Positions 1 through 12,400 of a DNA stretch of 64,000 bases are shown here, piece by piece; the first letter of the stretch is position 1; each line of letters starts with the position of its first letter. The notes under the pieces are model-generated. The model saw only the letters and a list, made by a program, of their open reading frames with translations, was not told where the DNA came from and searched no databases. The DNA is taken from positions 132,122,001-132,186,000 of the forward strand of contig OZ024743.1 in assembly GCA_964016885.1 (NCBI GenBank), given 5' to 3'. The DNA comes from Eledone cirrhosa. Lineage: Eukaryota. The position numbers and the translations under genes were made by a program.

Positions 1-3000
1 GTTGGTGTTTGGTGCTTGGTGTTTGGTGTTTTGTGCTAGGTGCATGGTGCCTGGTGTTTGGTGCTTGGTGCTTGGTGCTTGGTCTTTGGTGTTTGGTGTT
101 TAGTGCTTGGTGCTTGGTGCTTGGTGCTTGGTGCTTGGTGCTTGGTCCTTGGTGTTTGGTGCTTGGTGCTTGGTGTTTGGTGTTTGGTGCTTGGTGCTTG
201 GTGCTTCGTGTTTGGTGTTTGGTGCTTGGTGTCTGGACCTTGGTGTTTGGTGTTTGGTGCTTGGTGTTTGGTGTTTGGTGCTTGGTGCTTGGTGTTTGGT
301 GCTTGGTGCTTGGTGTTTGTACTTGGTGCTTGGTGCTTGGTGTTTGGTGCTTGGTTCTTGGTGTTTGGTGCTTGGTGTTTGGAGCTTGGTGCTTGGTGTT
401 TGGTGCTTGGTGCTTGGTGTTTGTACTTGGTGCTTGGTGCTTGGTGTTTGGTGCTTGGTTCTTGGTGTTTGGTGCTTGGTGTTTGGAGCTTGGTGCTTGG
501 TGTTTGGTGCTTGCTGCTTGGTGTTTGGTGTTTGGTGCTTGGTGCTTGGTGTTTGGTGTTTGGTGCTTGGTGTTTGGTGGTTGGTGCTTGGTGCTTGGTG
601 TTTGTTGCTTGGTACTTGGTGCATGGTGTTTGGTGCTGGGTGCTTGGTGTTTTGTGCTTGGTTCTTGGTGTTTGGTGTTTGGTGCTTGGTACTTGGTGTC
701 TGGAGCTTGGTGTTTGGTGTTTGGTGCTTGGTGTTTGGTGCTTGGTGCTTGGTGTTTGGTGTTTGGTGTTTGATGCTTGGTGTTTTATGCTTGGTGCTTG
801 GTGTTTGGTGCTTGGTGTTTGTATTTGGTGCTTGGTGCTTGGTGTTTTGTGCTTGGTTCTTGGTGTTTGGTGTTTGGTGCTTGGTACTTGGTGCTTGGTG
901 TTAGGTGTTTGGTGCTTGGTGCTTGGTGTTTGGTGTTTGGTCCTTGGTGCTTGGTGCTTGGTGTTTAGTGCTTGGTGCTTGGTGTTTGTTGTTTGGTGCT
1001 TTCTGTTTGCTGCTTGGTGTTTGCTGCTTGGTGCTTGGTGCTTGGTGTTTGGTGTTTGGTGCTAGGTGCTTGGTGTTTGGTGTTTGGTGTTTGATGCTTG
1101 GTGTTTGGTGCTTGGTGTTTGGTGCTTGGTGCCTGGGGCTTGGTGTTTGGTGCTTGGTGCTTGGTGCTTGGTGTTTGGTGCTTGGTGCTTGGTGTTTGGT
1201 GTTTGGTGTTTGGTGCTTGGTGCTTGGGGTTTGGTGCTTGGTGCTTGGTGCTGGGTGGTTGGTATTTGGTGCTTGGTGCTTGGTGTTTGGTGCTTGGTGC
1301 TTGGTGCTTGGTGTTTGGTGCTTGGTGCTTGGTGCTTGGTGTTTGGTGTTTGGTGTTATATGCTTGGTGTTTGATGCTTGGTGCTTGGTGCTTGGTGTTT
1401 GGTGTTTGGTGCTTGGTGTTTTGTGTTTGGTGCTTGGTGATTAGTGTTTGGTGCTTGGTACTTGGTGTTTGGTGCTTGGTGTTTGGTGTTTGCTGTTTGG
1501 TGTTTGGTGTTTGGTGTTTGCTGTTTGGTGTCTGCTTTTTGGTGTTTGGTGTTTGCTGTATGGTGTTTGCTGTTTCGTGTTTGGTGTTTGCTGTTTGGTG
1601 TTTGCTGTTTGCTGTTTGGTGTTTGGTCTTTGGTGCTTGGTGTTTGGTGCTTGGTGCTTGGTGTTTGGTGTTTGGTGCTTGGTGTTTGGTGTTTGGTGTT
1701 TGGTGTTTGGTGCTTGTTGCTTGGTGCTTGGTGCTTGGTGCTTGGTGCTTGGTGTTTGGTGTTTGGTGCTTGGTGCTTGGTGTTTGGTGTTTGGTGTTAT
1801 ATGCTTGGTGTTTGATGCTTGGTGCTTGGTGCTTGGTGTTTGGTGTTTGGTGCTTGGTGTTTTATGCTTGGTGTTTGATGTTTGGTGCTTGGTGCTTGGT
1901 GTTTGGTGCTTGGTGCTTGGTGTTTGTACTTGGTGCTTGGTGCTTGGTTCTTGGTGTTTGGTGCTTGGTGCTTGGTGCTTGGTGCTTGGTGTTTGGTGCT
2001 TGGGGTTTGGTGCTTGGTGTTCGGTGCTTGCTGCCTGGTGCTTGGTGCTTGGTGCTTGGTGTTTGGTGCTTGGTGTTTGGTGCTTGGTATTAGGTGTTTG
2101 GTGCTTGGTGCTTGGTGTTTGGTGTTTGGTGCTTGGTGTTTGGTGCTTGGTGTTTGGTGTTTGGTGCTTGGTGTTTGGTGCTTGGTACTTGGTGCTTGGT
2201 GCTTGGTGTTAGGTGTTTGGTGCTTGGTGCTTGGTGTTTGGTTTTTGGTGCTTGGTGCTTGGTGTTTGGTGTTTGGTGCTTGCTGCTGGCTGCTTGGTGT
2301 TTGGTGCTTGGTGATTGGTGCTTGGTGTTTGGTGCTTGGTGTTTGGTGTTTGGTAATAGGTGCTTGGTGCTTGGTGTTTGGTGCTTGGTGCTTGGTGTTT
2401 GGTGTTTGGTGCTTGGTGCTTGGTGTTTGGTGCTTGGTGCTGGGTTCTGGGTGGTTGGTGTTTGGTGCTTGGTGTTTGGTGCTGGGTGCTTGGTGTTTGG
2501 TGCTTGGTGCTTGGTCTTTGGTGTTTGGTGTTTGGTGTTTGGGGCTTGGTGCTTGGTGCTTGGTGCTTAGTGTTTGGTGCTAGGTGCTTGGGGTTTGGTG
2601 TTTGGTGCTTGGTGCTTGGTGTTTGGTGCTTGGTGCTTGGTGTTTGGTGTTTGGTGCTTGGTGCTTGGTGTTTGGTGTTTCCTGTTTGCTGTTTGGTGTT
2701 TGGTGTTTGGTGTTTGCTGTTTGGTGTCTGCTTTTTGGTGTTTGGTGTTTGCTGTATGTTATTTGCTGTTTGGTGTTTGGTGTTTGGTGTTTGGTGCTTG
2801 GAGCTTGGTGTTTGGTGCCTGGTGCTTGGTGTTTGGTGCCTGGTGCTTGGGGCTTGGTGTTTGGTGTTTGGTGCTTGGTGCTTGGAGTTTGGTGTTTGGT
2901 GCTTGGTGCTTGGTGTTTTGTGTTTGGTGTTTGGTTTTTGGTGCTTGGTGCTTGGTGCTTGGTGCTTGGTCCTTGGTGTTTGGTGCTTGGTGCTTGGTGT

Positions 3001-6000
3001 TTGTACTTGGTGCTTGGTGCTTGGTGTTTGGTTCTTGGTTCTTGGTGTTTGGTACTTGGTGCTTGGTGCTTGGTGCTTGGTGTTTGGTGTTTGGTGCTTG
3101 GTGCTTGGTGTTTGGTGCTTGGTGTTTGGTGTTTGCTGTTTGCTGTTTGGTGTTTGGTGTTTGGTGTTTGGTGTTTGCTGTTTGGTGTTTGGTGTTTGGT
3201 GTTTGGTGTTTGCTGTATGGTGTTTGCTCTTTCGTGTTTGGTGTTTGCTGTTTTCTGTTTGGTGTTTGCTGTTTGGTGTTTGGTGCTTGGTGCTTGGTGT
3301 TTGGTGCTTGGTGCTTGGTGTTTGTACTTGGTGCTTGGTGCTTGGTGTTTGGTGCTTGTTTCTTGGTGTTTGGTGCTTGGTGTTTGGTGCTTGGTGCTTG
3401 GTGTTTGGTGCTTGGTGTTTGGTGTTTGCTGTTTGGTGTTTGGTGTTTGGTGTTTGCTGTTTGGTTTCTGCTTTTTGGTGTTTGGTGTTTGCTGTATGGT
3501 GTTTGCTGTTTCGTGTTTGGTGTTTGCTGTTTGGTGTTTGGTGTTTGCTGTTTGGTGTTTGGTCTTTGGTGCTTGGTGTTTGGTGCTTGGTGCTTGGTGT
3601 TTGGTGTTTGGTGCTTGGTGTTTGGTCTTTGGTGCTTGGTGTTTGGTGCTTGGTGTTTGGTGCTTGGTGTCTGGTGCTTGGTGTCTGGTGCTTGGTGTTT
3701 GGTGTTTGGTGTTTGGTGCTTGGTGTTTGGTGTTTGGTGTTTGGTGTTTGGTGCTTGTTGCTTGGTGCTTGGTGCTTGGTGTTTGGTGCTTGGTGCTTGG
3801 TGTTTGGTGCTGGGTGCTTGGTGTTTGGTGCTTGGTGTTTGGTGTTTGGTGTTTGGTGCTTGGTGCTTGGTGTTTGGTGTTTGGTGTTATATGCTTGGTG
3901 TTTGGTGCTTGGTGCTTGGTGTTTGGTGTTTGGTTCTTGATGCTTGGTATTTGGTGCTTGGTGCTTGCTGCTTGGTGTTTGGTGCTTGGTGATTGATGCT
4001 TGGTGTTTGGTGCTTGGTGCTTGGTGTTTGGTTTTTGGTGCTAGGTGCTTGGTGCTTGGTGTTTGGTGCTTGGTGTTTGGTGTTTGGTGCTTGGTGCTTG
4101 GTGTTTGGTACTTGGTGCTTGGTGCTTGGTGTTTGGTGTTTGGTGTTTGGTGCTTGGTGCTTGGTGTTTGGTGCTTGGTGCTGGGTGGTTGGTGTTTGGT
4201 GCTTGGTGCTTGGTGTTTTGTGCTAGGTGCATGGTGCCTGGTGTTTGGTGCTTGGTGCTTGGTGCTTGGTCTTTGGTGTTTGGTGTTTAGTGCTTGGTGC
4301 TTGGTGCTTGGTGCTTGGTGCTTGGTGCTTGGTCCTTGGTGTTTGGTGCTTGGTGCTTGGTGTTTGGTGTTTGGTGCTTGGTGCTTGGTGCTTCGTTTTT
4401 GGTGTTTGGTGCTTGGTGTCTGGAGCTTGGTGTTTGGTGTTTGGAGCTTGGTGTTTGGTGTTTGGTGCTTGGTGCTTGGTGTTTGGTGCTTGGTGCTTGG
4501 TGTTTGTACTTGGTGCTTGGTGCTTGGTGTTTGGTGCTTGGTTCTTGGTGTTTGGTGCTTGGTGTTTGGAGCTTGGTGCTTGGTGTTTAGTGCTTGGTGC
4601 TTGGTGTTTGTACTTGGTGCTTGGTGCTTGGTGTTTGGTGCTTGGTTCTTGGTGTTTGGTGCTTGGTGTTTGGAGCTTGGTGCTTGGTGTTTGGTGCTTG
4701 CTGCTTGGTGTTTGGTGTTTGGTGCTTGGTGCTTGGTGTTTGGTGTTTGGTGCTTGGTGCTTGGTGTTTGTTGCTTGGTACTTGGTGCATGGTGTTTGGT
4801 GCTGGGTGCTTGGTGTTTTGTGCTTGGTTCTTGGTGTTTGGTGTTTGGTGCTTGGTACTTGGTGTCTGGAGCTTGGTGTTTGGTGTTTGGTGCTTGGTGT
4901 TTGGTGCTTGGTGCTTGGTGTTTGGTGTTTGGTGTTTGATGCTTGGTGTTTTATGCTTGGTGCTTGGTGTTTGGTTCTTGGTGTTTGTATTTGGTGCTTG
5001 GTGCTTGGTGTTTTGTGCTTGGTTCTTGGTGTTTGGTGTTTGGTGCTTGGTACTTGGTGCTTGGTGTTAGGTGTTTGGTGCTTGGTGCTTGGTGTTTGGT
5101 GTTTGGTCCTTGCTGCTTGGTGCTTGGTGTTTAGTGCTTGGTGCTTGGTGTTTGTTGTTTGGTGCTTTCTGTTTGCTGCTTGGTGTTTGCTGCTTGGTGC
5201 TTGGTGCTTGGTGTTTGGTGTTTGGTGCTAGGTGCTTGGTGTTTGGTGTTTGGTGTTTGATGCTTGGTGTTTGGTGCTTGGTGTTTGGTGCTTGGTGCCT
5301 GGGGCTTGGTGTTTGGTGCTTGGTGCTTGGTGCTTGGTGTTTGGTGCTTGGTGCTTGGTGTTTGGTGTTTGGTGTTTGGTGCTTGGTGCTTGGGGTTTGG
5401 TGCTTGGTGCTTGGTGCTGGGTGGTTGGTATTTGGTGCTTGGTGCTTGGTGTTTGGTGCTTGGTGCTTGGTGCTTGGTGTTTGGTGCTTGGTGCTTGGTG
5501 CTTGGTCTTTGGTGCTTGGTGTTTGGTGTTTGGTGCTTGGTGCTTTGTGTTTGGTGCTTGGTGATTAGTGTTTGGTGCTTGGTACTTGGTGTTTGGTGCT
5601 TGGTGTTTGGTGTTTGCTGTTTGGTGTTTGGTGTTTGGTGTTTGCTGTTTGGTGTCTGCTTTTTGGTGTTTGGTGTTTGCTGTATGGTGTTTGCTGTTTC
5701 GTGTTTGGTGTTTGCTGTTTGGTGTTTGGTGTTTGCTGTTTGGTGTTTGGTCTTTGGTGCTTGGTGTTTGGTGCTTGGTGCTTGGTGTTTGGTGTTTGGT
5801 GCTTGGTGCTTGGTGCTTGGTGTTTGGTGCTTGGTGTCTGGTGCTTGGTGTCTGGTGCTTGGTGTTTGGTGTTTGGTGTTTGGTGCTTGGTGTTTGGTGT
5901 TTGGTGTTTGGTGTTTGGTGCTTGTTGCTTGGTGCTTGGTGCTTGGTGTTTGGTGCTTGGTGCTTGGTGTTTGGTGCTGGGTGCTTGGTGTTTGGTGCTT

Positions 6001-7500
6001 GGTGCTTGGTGCTTGGTGTTTGGTGTTTGGTGCTTGGTGCTTGGTGTTTGGTGTTTGGTGTTATATGCTTGGTGTTTGATGCTTGGTGCTTGGTGCTTGG
6101 TGTTTGGTGTTTGGTGCTTGGTGTTTTATGCTTGGTGTTTGATGTTTGGTGCTTGGTGCTTGGTGTTTGGTGCTTGGTGCTTGGTGTTTGTACTTGGTGC
6201 TTGGTGCTTGGTTCTTGGTGTTTGGTGCTTGGTGCTTGGTGCTTGGTGCTTGGTGTTTGGTGCTTGGGGTTTGGTGCTTGGTGTTCGGTGCTTGCTGCCT
6301 GGTGCTTGGTGCTTGGTGCTTGGTGTTTGGTGCTTGGTGTTTGGTGCTTGGTATTAGGTGTTTGGTGCTTGGTGCTTGGTGTTTGGTGTTTGGTGCTTGG
6401 TGTTTGGTGCTTGGTGTTCGGTGTTTGGTGCTTGGTGTTTGGTGCTTGGTACTTGGTGCTTGGTGCTTGGTGTTAGGTGTTTGGTGCTTGGTGCTTGGTG
6501 TTTGGTTTTTGGTGCTTGGTGCTTGGTGTTTGGTGTTTGGTGCTTGCTGCTGGCTGCTTGGTGTTTGGTGCTTGGTGATTGGTGCTTGGTGTTTGGTGCT
6601 TGGTGTTTGGTGTTTGGTAATAGGTGCTTGGTGCTTGGTGTTTGGTGCTTGGTGCTTGGTGGTTGGTGTTTGGTGCTTGGTGCTTGGTGTTTGGTGCTTG
6701 GTGCTGGGTTCTGGGTGGTTGGTGTTTGGTGCTTGGTGTTTGGTGCTGGGTGCTTGGTGTTTGGTGCTTGGTGCTTGGTCTTTGGTGTTTGGTGTTTGGT
6801 GTTTGGGGCTTGGTGCTTGGTGCTTGGTGCTTAGTGTTTGGTGCTAGGTGCTTGGGGTTTGGTGTTTGGTGCTTGGTGCTTGGTGTTTGGTGCTTGGTGC
6901 TTGGTGTTTGGTGTTTGGTGCTTGGTGCTTGGTGTTTGGTGTTTCCTGTTTGCTGTTTGGTGTTTGGTGTTTGGTGTTTGCTGTTTGGTGTCTGCTTTTT
7001 GCTGTTTGGTGTTTGCTGTATGTTATTTGCTGTTTGGTGTTTGGTGTTTGGTGTTTGGTGCTTGGTGCTTGGTGTTTGGTGCTTGGTGCTTGGTGTTTGG
7101 TGCCTGGTGCTTGGGGCTTGGTGTTTGGTGTTTGGTGCTTGGTGCTTGGAGTTTGGTGTTTGGTGCTTGGTGCTTGGTGTTTTGTGTTTGGTGTTTGGTT
7201 TTTGGTGCTTGGTGCTTGGTGCTTGGTGCTTGGTCCTTGGTGTTTGGTGCTTGGTGCTTGGTGTTTGTACTTGGTGCTTGGTGCTTGGTGTTTGGTTCTT
7301 GGTTCTTGGTGTTTGGTACTTGGTGCTTGGTGCTTGGTGCTTGGTGTTTGGTGTTTGGTGCTTGGTGCTTGGTGTTTGGTGCTTGGTGTTTGGTGTTTGC
7401 TGTTTGGTGTTTGGTGTTTGGTGTTTGGTGTTTGGTGTTTGCTGTTTGGTGTTTGGTGTTTGGTGTTTGGTGTTTGCTGTATGGTGTTTGCTGTTTCGTG
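1..7500 (+). repeat. About 4.2 kb higher-order repeat: ~1-3240 recurs at ~4188-7500
   Basis: ORF-track pairs 40/4227 (offset 4187), 777/4943 and 1066/5232 (4166), 1444/5568 (4124), 2094/6358 and 2574/6838 (4264). The rare marker TAATAGG is at 2354 and 6618. Offset changes are multiples of 7. Confidence 0.9.
300..520 (+). repeat. 104-bp (15-monomer) tandem dimer marked by TTGTAC...TTGGTTC...TTGGAGC
   Basis: TTGTAC at 317 and 421. The same dimer is at 4504/4608 and near 8.44-8.54, 11.81-11.92, 15.70-15.81 and 27.48-27.58 kb. Confidence 0.85.
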
Positions 7501-9430
7501 TTTGGTCTTTGGTGCTTGGTGTTTGGTGCTTGGTGCTTGGTGTTTGGTGTTTGGTGCTTGGTGCTTGGTGCTTCGTGTGTGGTGTTTGGTGCTTGGTGTC
7601 TGGAGCTTGGTGTTTGGTGTTTGGTGCTTGGTGTTTGGTGTTTGGTGCTTGGTGCTTGGTGTTTGGTGCTTGGTGCTTGGTGTTTGTACTTGGTGCTTGG
7701 TGCTTGGTGTTTGGTGCTTGTTTCTTGGTGTTTGGTGCTTGGTGTTTGGTGCTTGGTGCTTGGTGTTTGGTGCTTGGTGCTTGGTGCTTGGTGCTTGGTG
7801 TTAGGTGTTTGGTGCTTGGTGCTTGGTGTTTGGTGTTTGGTTCTTGGTGCTTGGTATTTGGTGCTTGGTGCTTGCTGCTTGGTGTTTGGTGCTTGGTGAT
7901 TGATGCTTGGTGTTTGGTGCTTGGTGCTTGGTGTTTGGTTTTTGGTGCAAGGTGCTTGGTGCTTGGTGTTTGGTGCTTGGTGTTTGGTGTTTGGTGCTTG
8001 GTGCTTGGTGTTTGGTACTTGGTGCTTGGCACTTGGTGTTTGGTGCTTGGTGCTTGGTGTTTGGTGTTTGGTGTTTGGTGCTTGGTGCTTGGTGTTTGGT
8101 GCTGGGTGCTTGGTGTTGGGTGGTTGGTGTTTGGTGCTTGGTGCTTGGTGTTTGGTGCTAGGTGCATGGTGCTTGGTGTTTGGTGCTTGGTGCTTGGTGC
8201 TTGGTCTTTGGTGTTTGGTGTTTAGTGCTTGGTGCTTGGTGCTTGGTGCTTGGTGCTTGGTGCTTGGTCCTTGGTGTTTGGTGCTTGGTGCTTGGTGTTT
8301 GGTGTTTGGTGCTTGGTGCTTGGTGCTTCGTGTTTGGTGTTTGGTGCTTGGTGTCTGGAGCTTGGTGTTTGGTGTTTGGTGCTTGGTGTTTGCTGTTTGG
8401 TGCTTGGTGCTTGGTGTTTGGTGCTTGGTGCTTGGTGTTTGTACTTGGTGTTTGGTGCTTGGTGTTTGGTGCTTGGTTCTTGGTGTTTGGTGCTTGGTGT
8501 TTGGAGCTTGGTGCTTGGTGTTTGGTGCTTGGTGCTTGGTGTTTGTACTTGGTGCTTGGTGCTTGGTGTTTGGTGCTTGGTTCTTGGTGTTTGGTGCTTG
8601 GTGTTTGGAGCTTGGTGCTTGGTGTTTGGTGCTTGGTGCTTGGTGTTTGGTGTTTGGTGCTTGGTGCTAGGTGTTTGGTGCTTGGTGCTTGGTGTTTGGT
8701 GTTTGGTTCTTGGTGCTTGGTATTTTGTGCTTTGTGCTTGCTGCTTGGTGTTTGGTGCTTGGTGATTGATGCTTGGTGTTTGGTGCTTGGTGCTTGGTGT
8801 TTGGTTTTTGGTGCTAGGTGCTTGGTGCTTGGTGTTTGGTGCTTGGTGTTTGGTGTTTGGTGCTTGGTGCTTGGGGCTTGGTGTTTGGTGCTTGGTGCTT
8901 GGTGCTTGGTGTTTGGTGCTTGGTGCTTGGTGTTTGGTGTTTGGTGTTTGGTGCTTGGTGCTTGGTGTTTGGTGCTTGGTGCTTGGTGCTGGGTGGTTGG
9001 TGTTTGGTGCTTGGTGCTTGGTGTTTGGTGCTTGGTGCATGGTGCTTGGTGTTTGGTGCTTGGTGCTTGGTGCTTGGTCTTTGGTGTTTGGTGTTTAGTG
9101 CTTGGTGCTTGGTGCTTGGTGCTTGGTGCATTGTGATTAGTGTTTGGTGCTTGGTCCTTGGGGTTTGGTGTTTGGTGCTTGGTGCTTGGTGTTTGGAGAT
9201 GGGTACTTGGTGTTTGGTGCTTGGTGTTTGCTGTTTGCTGTTTGGTGTTTTTGGTGTTTGCTGTTTGCTGTTTGGTGTCTGCTTTTTGGTGTTTGGTGTT
9301 TGCTCTATGGTGTTTGCTGTTTCATGTTTGGTGTTTGCTGTTTGGTGTTTGGTGTTTGCTGTTTGGTGTTTGGTCTTTGGTGCTTGGTGTTTGGTGTTTG
9401 GTGCTTGGTGCTTGGTGCTTGGTGTTTGGT
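2130..9430 (+). repeat. 7.3 kb tandem segmental duplication, copy 1
   Basis: Offset 7307 for ORF pairs 2360/9667, 3944/11251 and 5568/12875, then 7265 for 6358/13623, 7900/15165 and 9140/16405. Shared rare markers: GTGCAAGG, GGCACTT, GCATTGTGATTAG, and TTCATG (9321/16586). Confidence 0.93.
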
Positions 9431-12400
9431 GTTTGGTGCTTGGTGTTTGGTGCTTGGTGTTTGGTGTTTGGTGCTTGGTGTTTGGTGCTTGGTACTTGGT
9501 GCTTGGTGCTTGGTGTTAGGTGTTTGGTGCTTGGTGCTTGGTGTTTGGTTTTTGGTGCTTGGTGCTTGGTGTTTGGTGTTTGGTGCTTGCTGCTGGCTGC
9601 TTGGTGTTTGGTGCTTGGTGATTGGTGCTTGGTGTTTGGTGCTTGGTGTTTGGTGTTTGGTAATAGGTGCTTGGTGCTTGGTGTTTGGTGCTTGGTGCTT
9701 GGTGTTTGGTGTTTGGTGCTTGGTGCTTGGTGTTTGGTGCTTGGTGCTGGGTTCTGGGTGGTTGGTGTTTGGTGCTTGGTGTTTGGTGCTGGATGCTTGG
9801 TGTTTGGTGCTTGGTGCTTGGTCTTTGGTGTTTGGTGTTTGGTGTTTGGGGCTTGGTGCTTGGTGCTTGGTGCTTAGTGTTTGGTGCTAGGTGCTTGGGG
9901 TTTGGTGTTTGGTGCTTGGTGCTTGGTGTTTGGTGCTTGGTGCTTGGTGTTTGGTGTTTGGTGCTTGGTGCTTGGTGTTTGGTGTTTCCTGTTTGCTGTT
10001 TGGTGTTTGGTGTTTGGTGTTTGCTGTTTGGTGTCTGCTTTTTGGTGTTTGGTGTTTGCTGTATGTTATTTGCTGTTTGGTGTTTGGTGTTTGGTGTTTG
10101 GTGCTTGGAGCTTGGTGTTTGGTGCCTGGTGCTTGGTGTTTGGTGCCTGGTGCTTGGGGCTTGGTGTTTGGTGTTTGGTGCTTGGTGCTTGGAGTTTGGT
10201 GTTTGGTGCTTGGTGCTTGGTGTTTTGTGTTTGGTGTTTGGTTTTTGGTGCTTGGTGCTTGGTGCTTGGTGCTTGGTCCTTGGTGTTTGGTGCTTGGTGC
10301 TTGGTGTTTGTACTTGGTGCTTGGTGCTTGGTGTTTGGTTCTTGGTTCTTGGTGTTTGGTACTTGGTGCTTGGTGCTTGGTGCTTGGTGTTTGGTGTTTG
10401 GTGCTTGGTGCTTGGTGTTTGGTGCTTGGTGTTTGGTGTTTGCTGTTTGCTGTTTGGTGTTTGGTGTTTGGTGTTTGGTGTTTGCTGTTTGGTGTTTGGT
10501 GTTTGGTGTTTGGTGTTTGCTGTATGGTGTTTGCTGTTTCGTGTTTGGTGTTTGCTGTTTTCTGTTTGGTGTTTGCTGTTTGGTGTTTGGTGCTTGGTGC
10601 TTGGTGTTTGGTGCTTGGTGCTTGGTGTTTGTACTTGGTGCTTGGTGCTTGGTGTTTGGTGCTTGTTTCTTGGTGTTTGGTGCTTGGTGTTTGGTGCTTG
10701 GTGCTTGGTGTTTGGTGCTTGGTGTTTGGTGTTTGCTGTTTGGTGTTTGGTGTTTGGTGTTTGCTGTTTGGTTTCTGCTTTTTGGTGTTTGGTGTTTGCT
10801 GTATGGTGTTTGCTGTTTCGTGTTTGGTGTTTGCTGTTTGGTGTTTGGTGTTTGCTGTTTGGTGTTTGGTCTTTGGTGCTTGGTGTTTGGTGCTTGGTGC
10901 TTGGTGTTTGGTGTTTGGTGCTTGGTGTTTGGTCTTTGGTGCTTGGTGTTTGGTGCTTGGTGTTTGGTGCTTGGTGTCTGGTGCTTGGTGTCTGGTGCTT
11001 GGTGTTTGGTGTTTGGTGTTTGGTGCTTGGTGTTTGGTGTTTGGTGTTTGGTGTTTGGTGCTTGTTGCTTGGTGCTTGGTGCTTGGTGTTTGGTGCTTGG
11101 TACTTGGTGTTTGGTGCTGGGTGCTTGGTGTTTGGTGCTTGGTGCTTGGTGTTTGGTGTTTGGTGCTTGGTGCTTGGTGTTTGGTGTTTGGTGTTATATG
11201 CTTGGTGTTTGGTGCTTGGTGCTTGGTGTTTGGTGTTTGGTTCTTGATGCTTGGTATTTGGTGCTTGGTGCTTGCTGCTTGGTGTTTGGTGCTTGGTGAT
11301 TGATGCTTGGTGTTTGGTGCTTGGTGCTTGGTGTTTGGTTTTTGGTGCTAGGTGCTTGGTGCTTGGTGTTTGGTGCTTGGTGTTTGGTGTTTGGTGCTTG
11401 GTGCTTGGTGTTTGGTACTTGGTGCTTGGTGCTTGGTGTTTGGTGTTTGGTGTTTGGTGCTTGGTGCTTGGTGTTTGGTGCTTGGTGCTGGGTGGTTGGT
11501 GTTTGGTGCTTGGTGCTTGGTGTTTTGTGCTAGGTGCATGGTGCCAGGTGTTTGGTGCTTGGTGCTTGGTGCTTGGTCTTTGGTGTTTGGTGTTTAGTGC
11601 TTGGTGCTTGGTGCTTGGTGCTTGGTGCTTGGTGCTTGGTCCTTGGTGTTTGGTGCTTGGTGCTTGGTGTTTGGTGTTTGGTGCTTGGTGCTTGGTGCTT
11701 CGTTTTTGGTGTTTGGTGCTTGGTGTCTGGAGCTTGGTGTTTGGTGTTTGGAGCTTGGTGTTTGGTGTTTGGTGCTTGGTGCTTGGTGTTTGGTGCTTGG
11801 TGCTTGGTGTTTGTACTTGGTGCTTGGTGCTTGGTGTTTGGTGCTTGGTTCTTGGTGTTTGGTGCTTGGTGTTTGGAGCTTGGTGCTTGGTGTTTAGTGC
11901 TTGGTGCTTGGTGTTTGTACTTGGTGCTTGGTGCTTGGTGTTTGGTGCTTGGTTCTTGGTGTTTGGTGCTTGGTGTTTGGAGCTTGGTGCTTGGTGTTTG
12001 GTGCTTGCTGCTTGGTGTTTGGTGTTTGGTGCTTGGTGCTTGGTGTTTGGTGTTTGGTGCTTGGTGCTTGGTGTTTGTTGCTTGGTACTTGGTGCATGGT
12101 GTTTGGTGCTGGGTGCTTGGTGTTTTGTGCTTGGTTCTTGGTGTTTGGTGTTTGGTGCTTGGTACTTGGTGTCTGGAGCTTGGTGTTTGGTGTTTGGTGC
12201 TTGGTGTTTGGTGCTTGGTGCTTGGTGTTTGGTGTTTGGTGTTTGATGCTTGGTGTTTTATGCTTGGTGCTTGGTGTTTGGTGCTTGGTGTTTGTATTTG
12301 GTGCTTGGTGCTTGGTGTTTTGTGCTTGGTTCTTGGTGTTTGGTGTTTGGTGCTTGGTACTTGGTGCTTGGTGTTAGGTGTTTGGTGCTTGGTGCTTGGT

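Noticed and set aside
1249-1258. GCTGGGTGG resembling the E. coli Chi site GCTGGTGG
   Set aside because: It is not an exact match, arises from two substitutions in adjacent monomers, and there is no evidence of a bacterial context.
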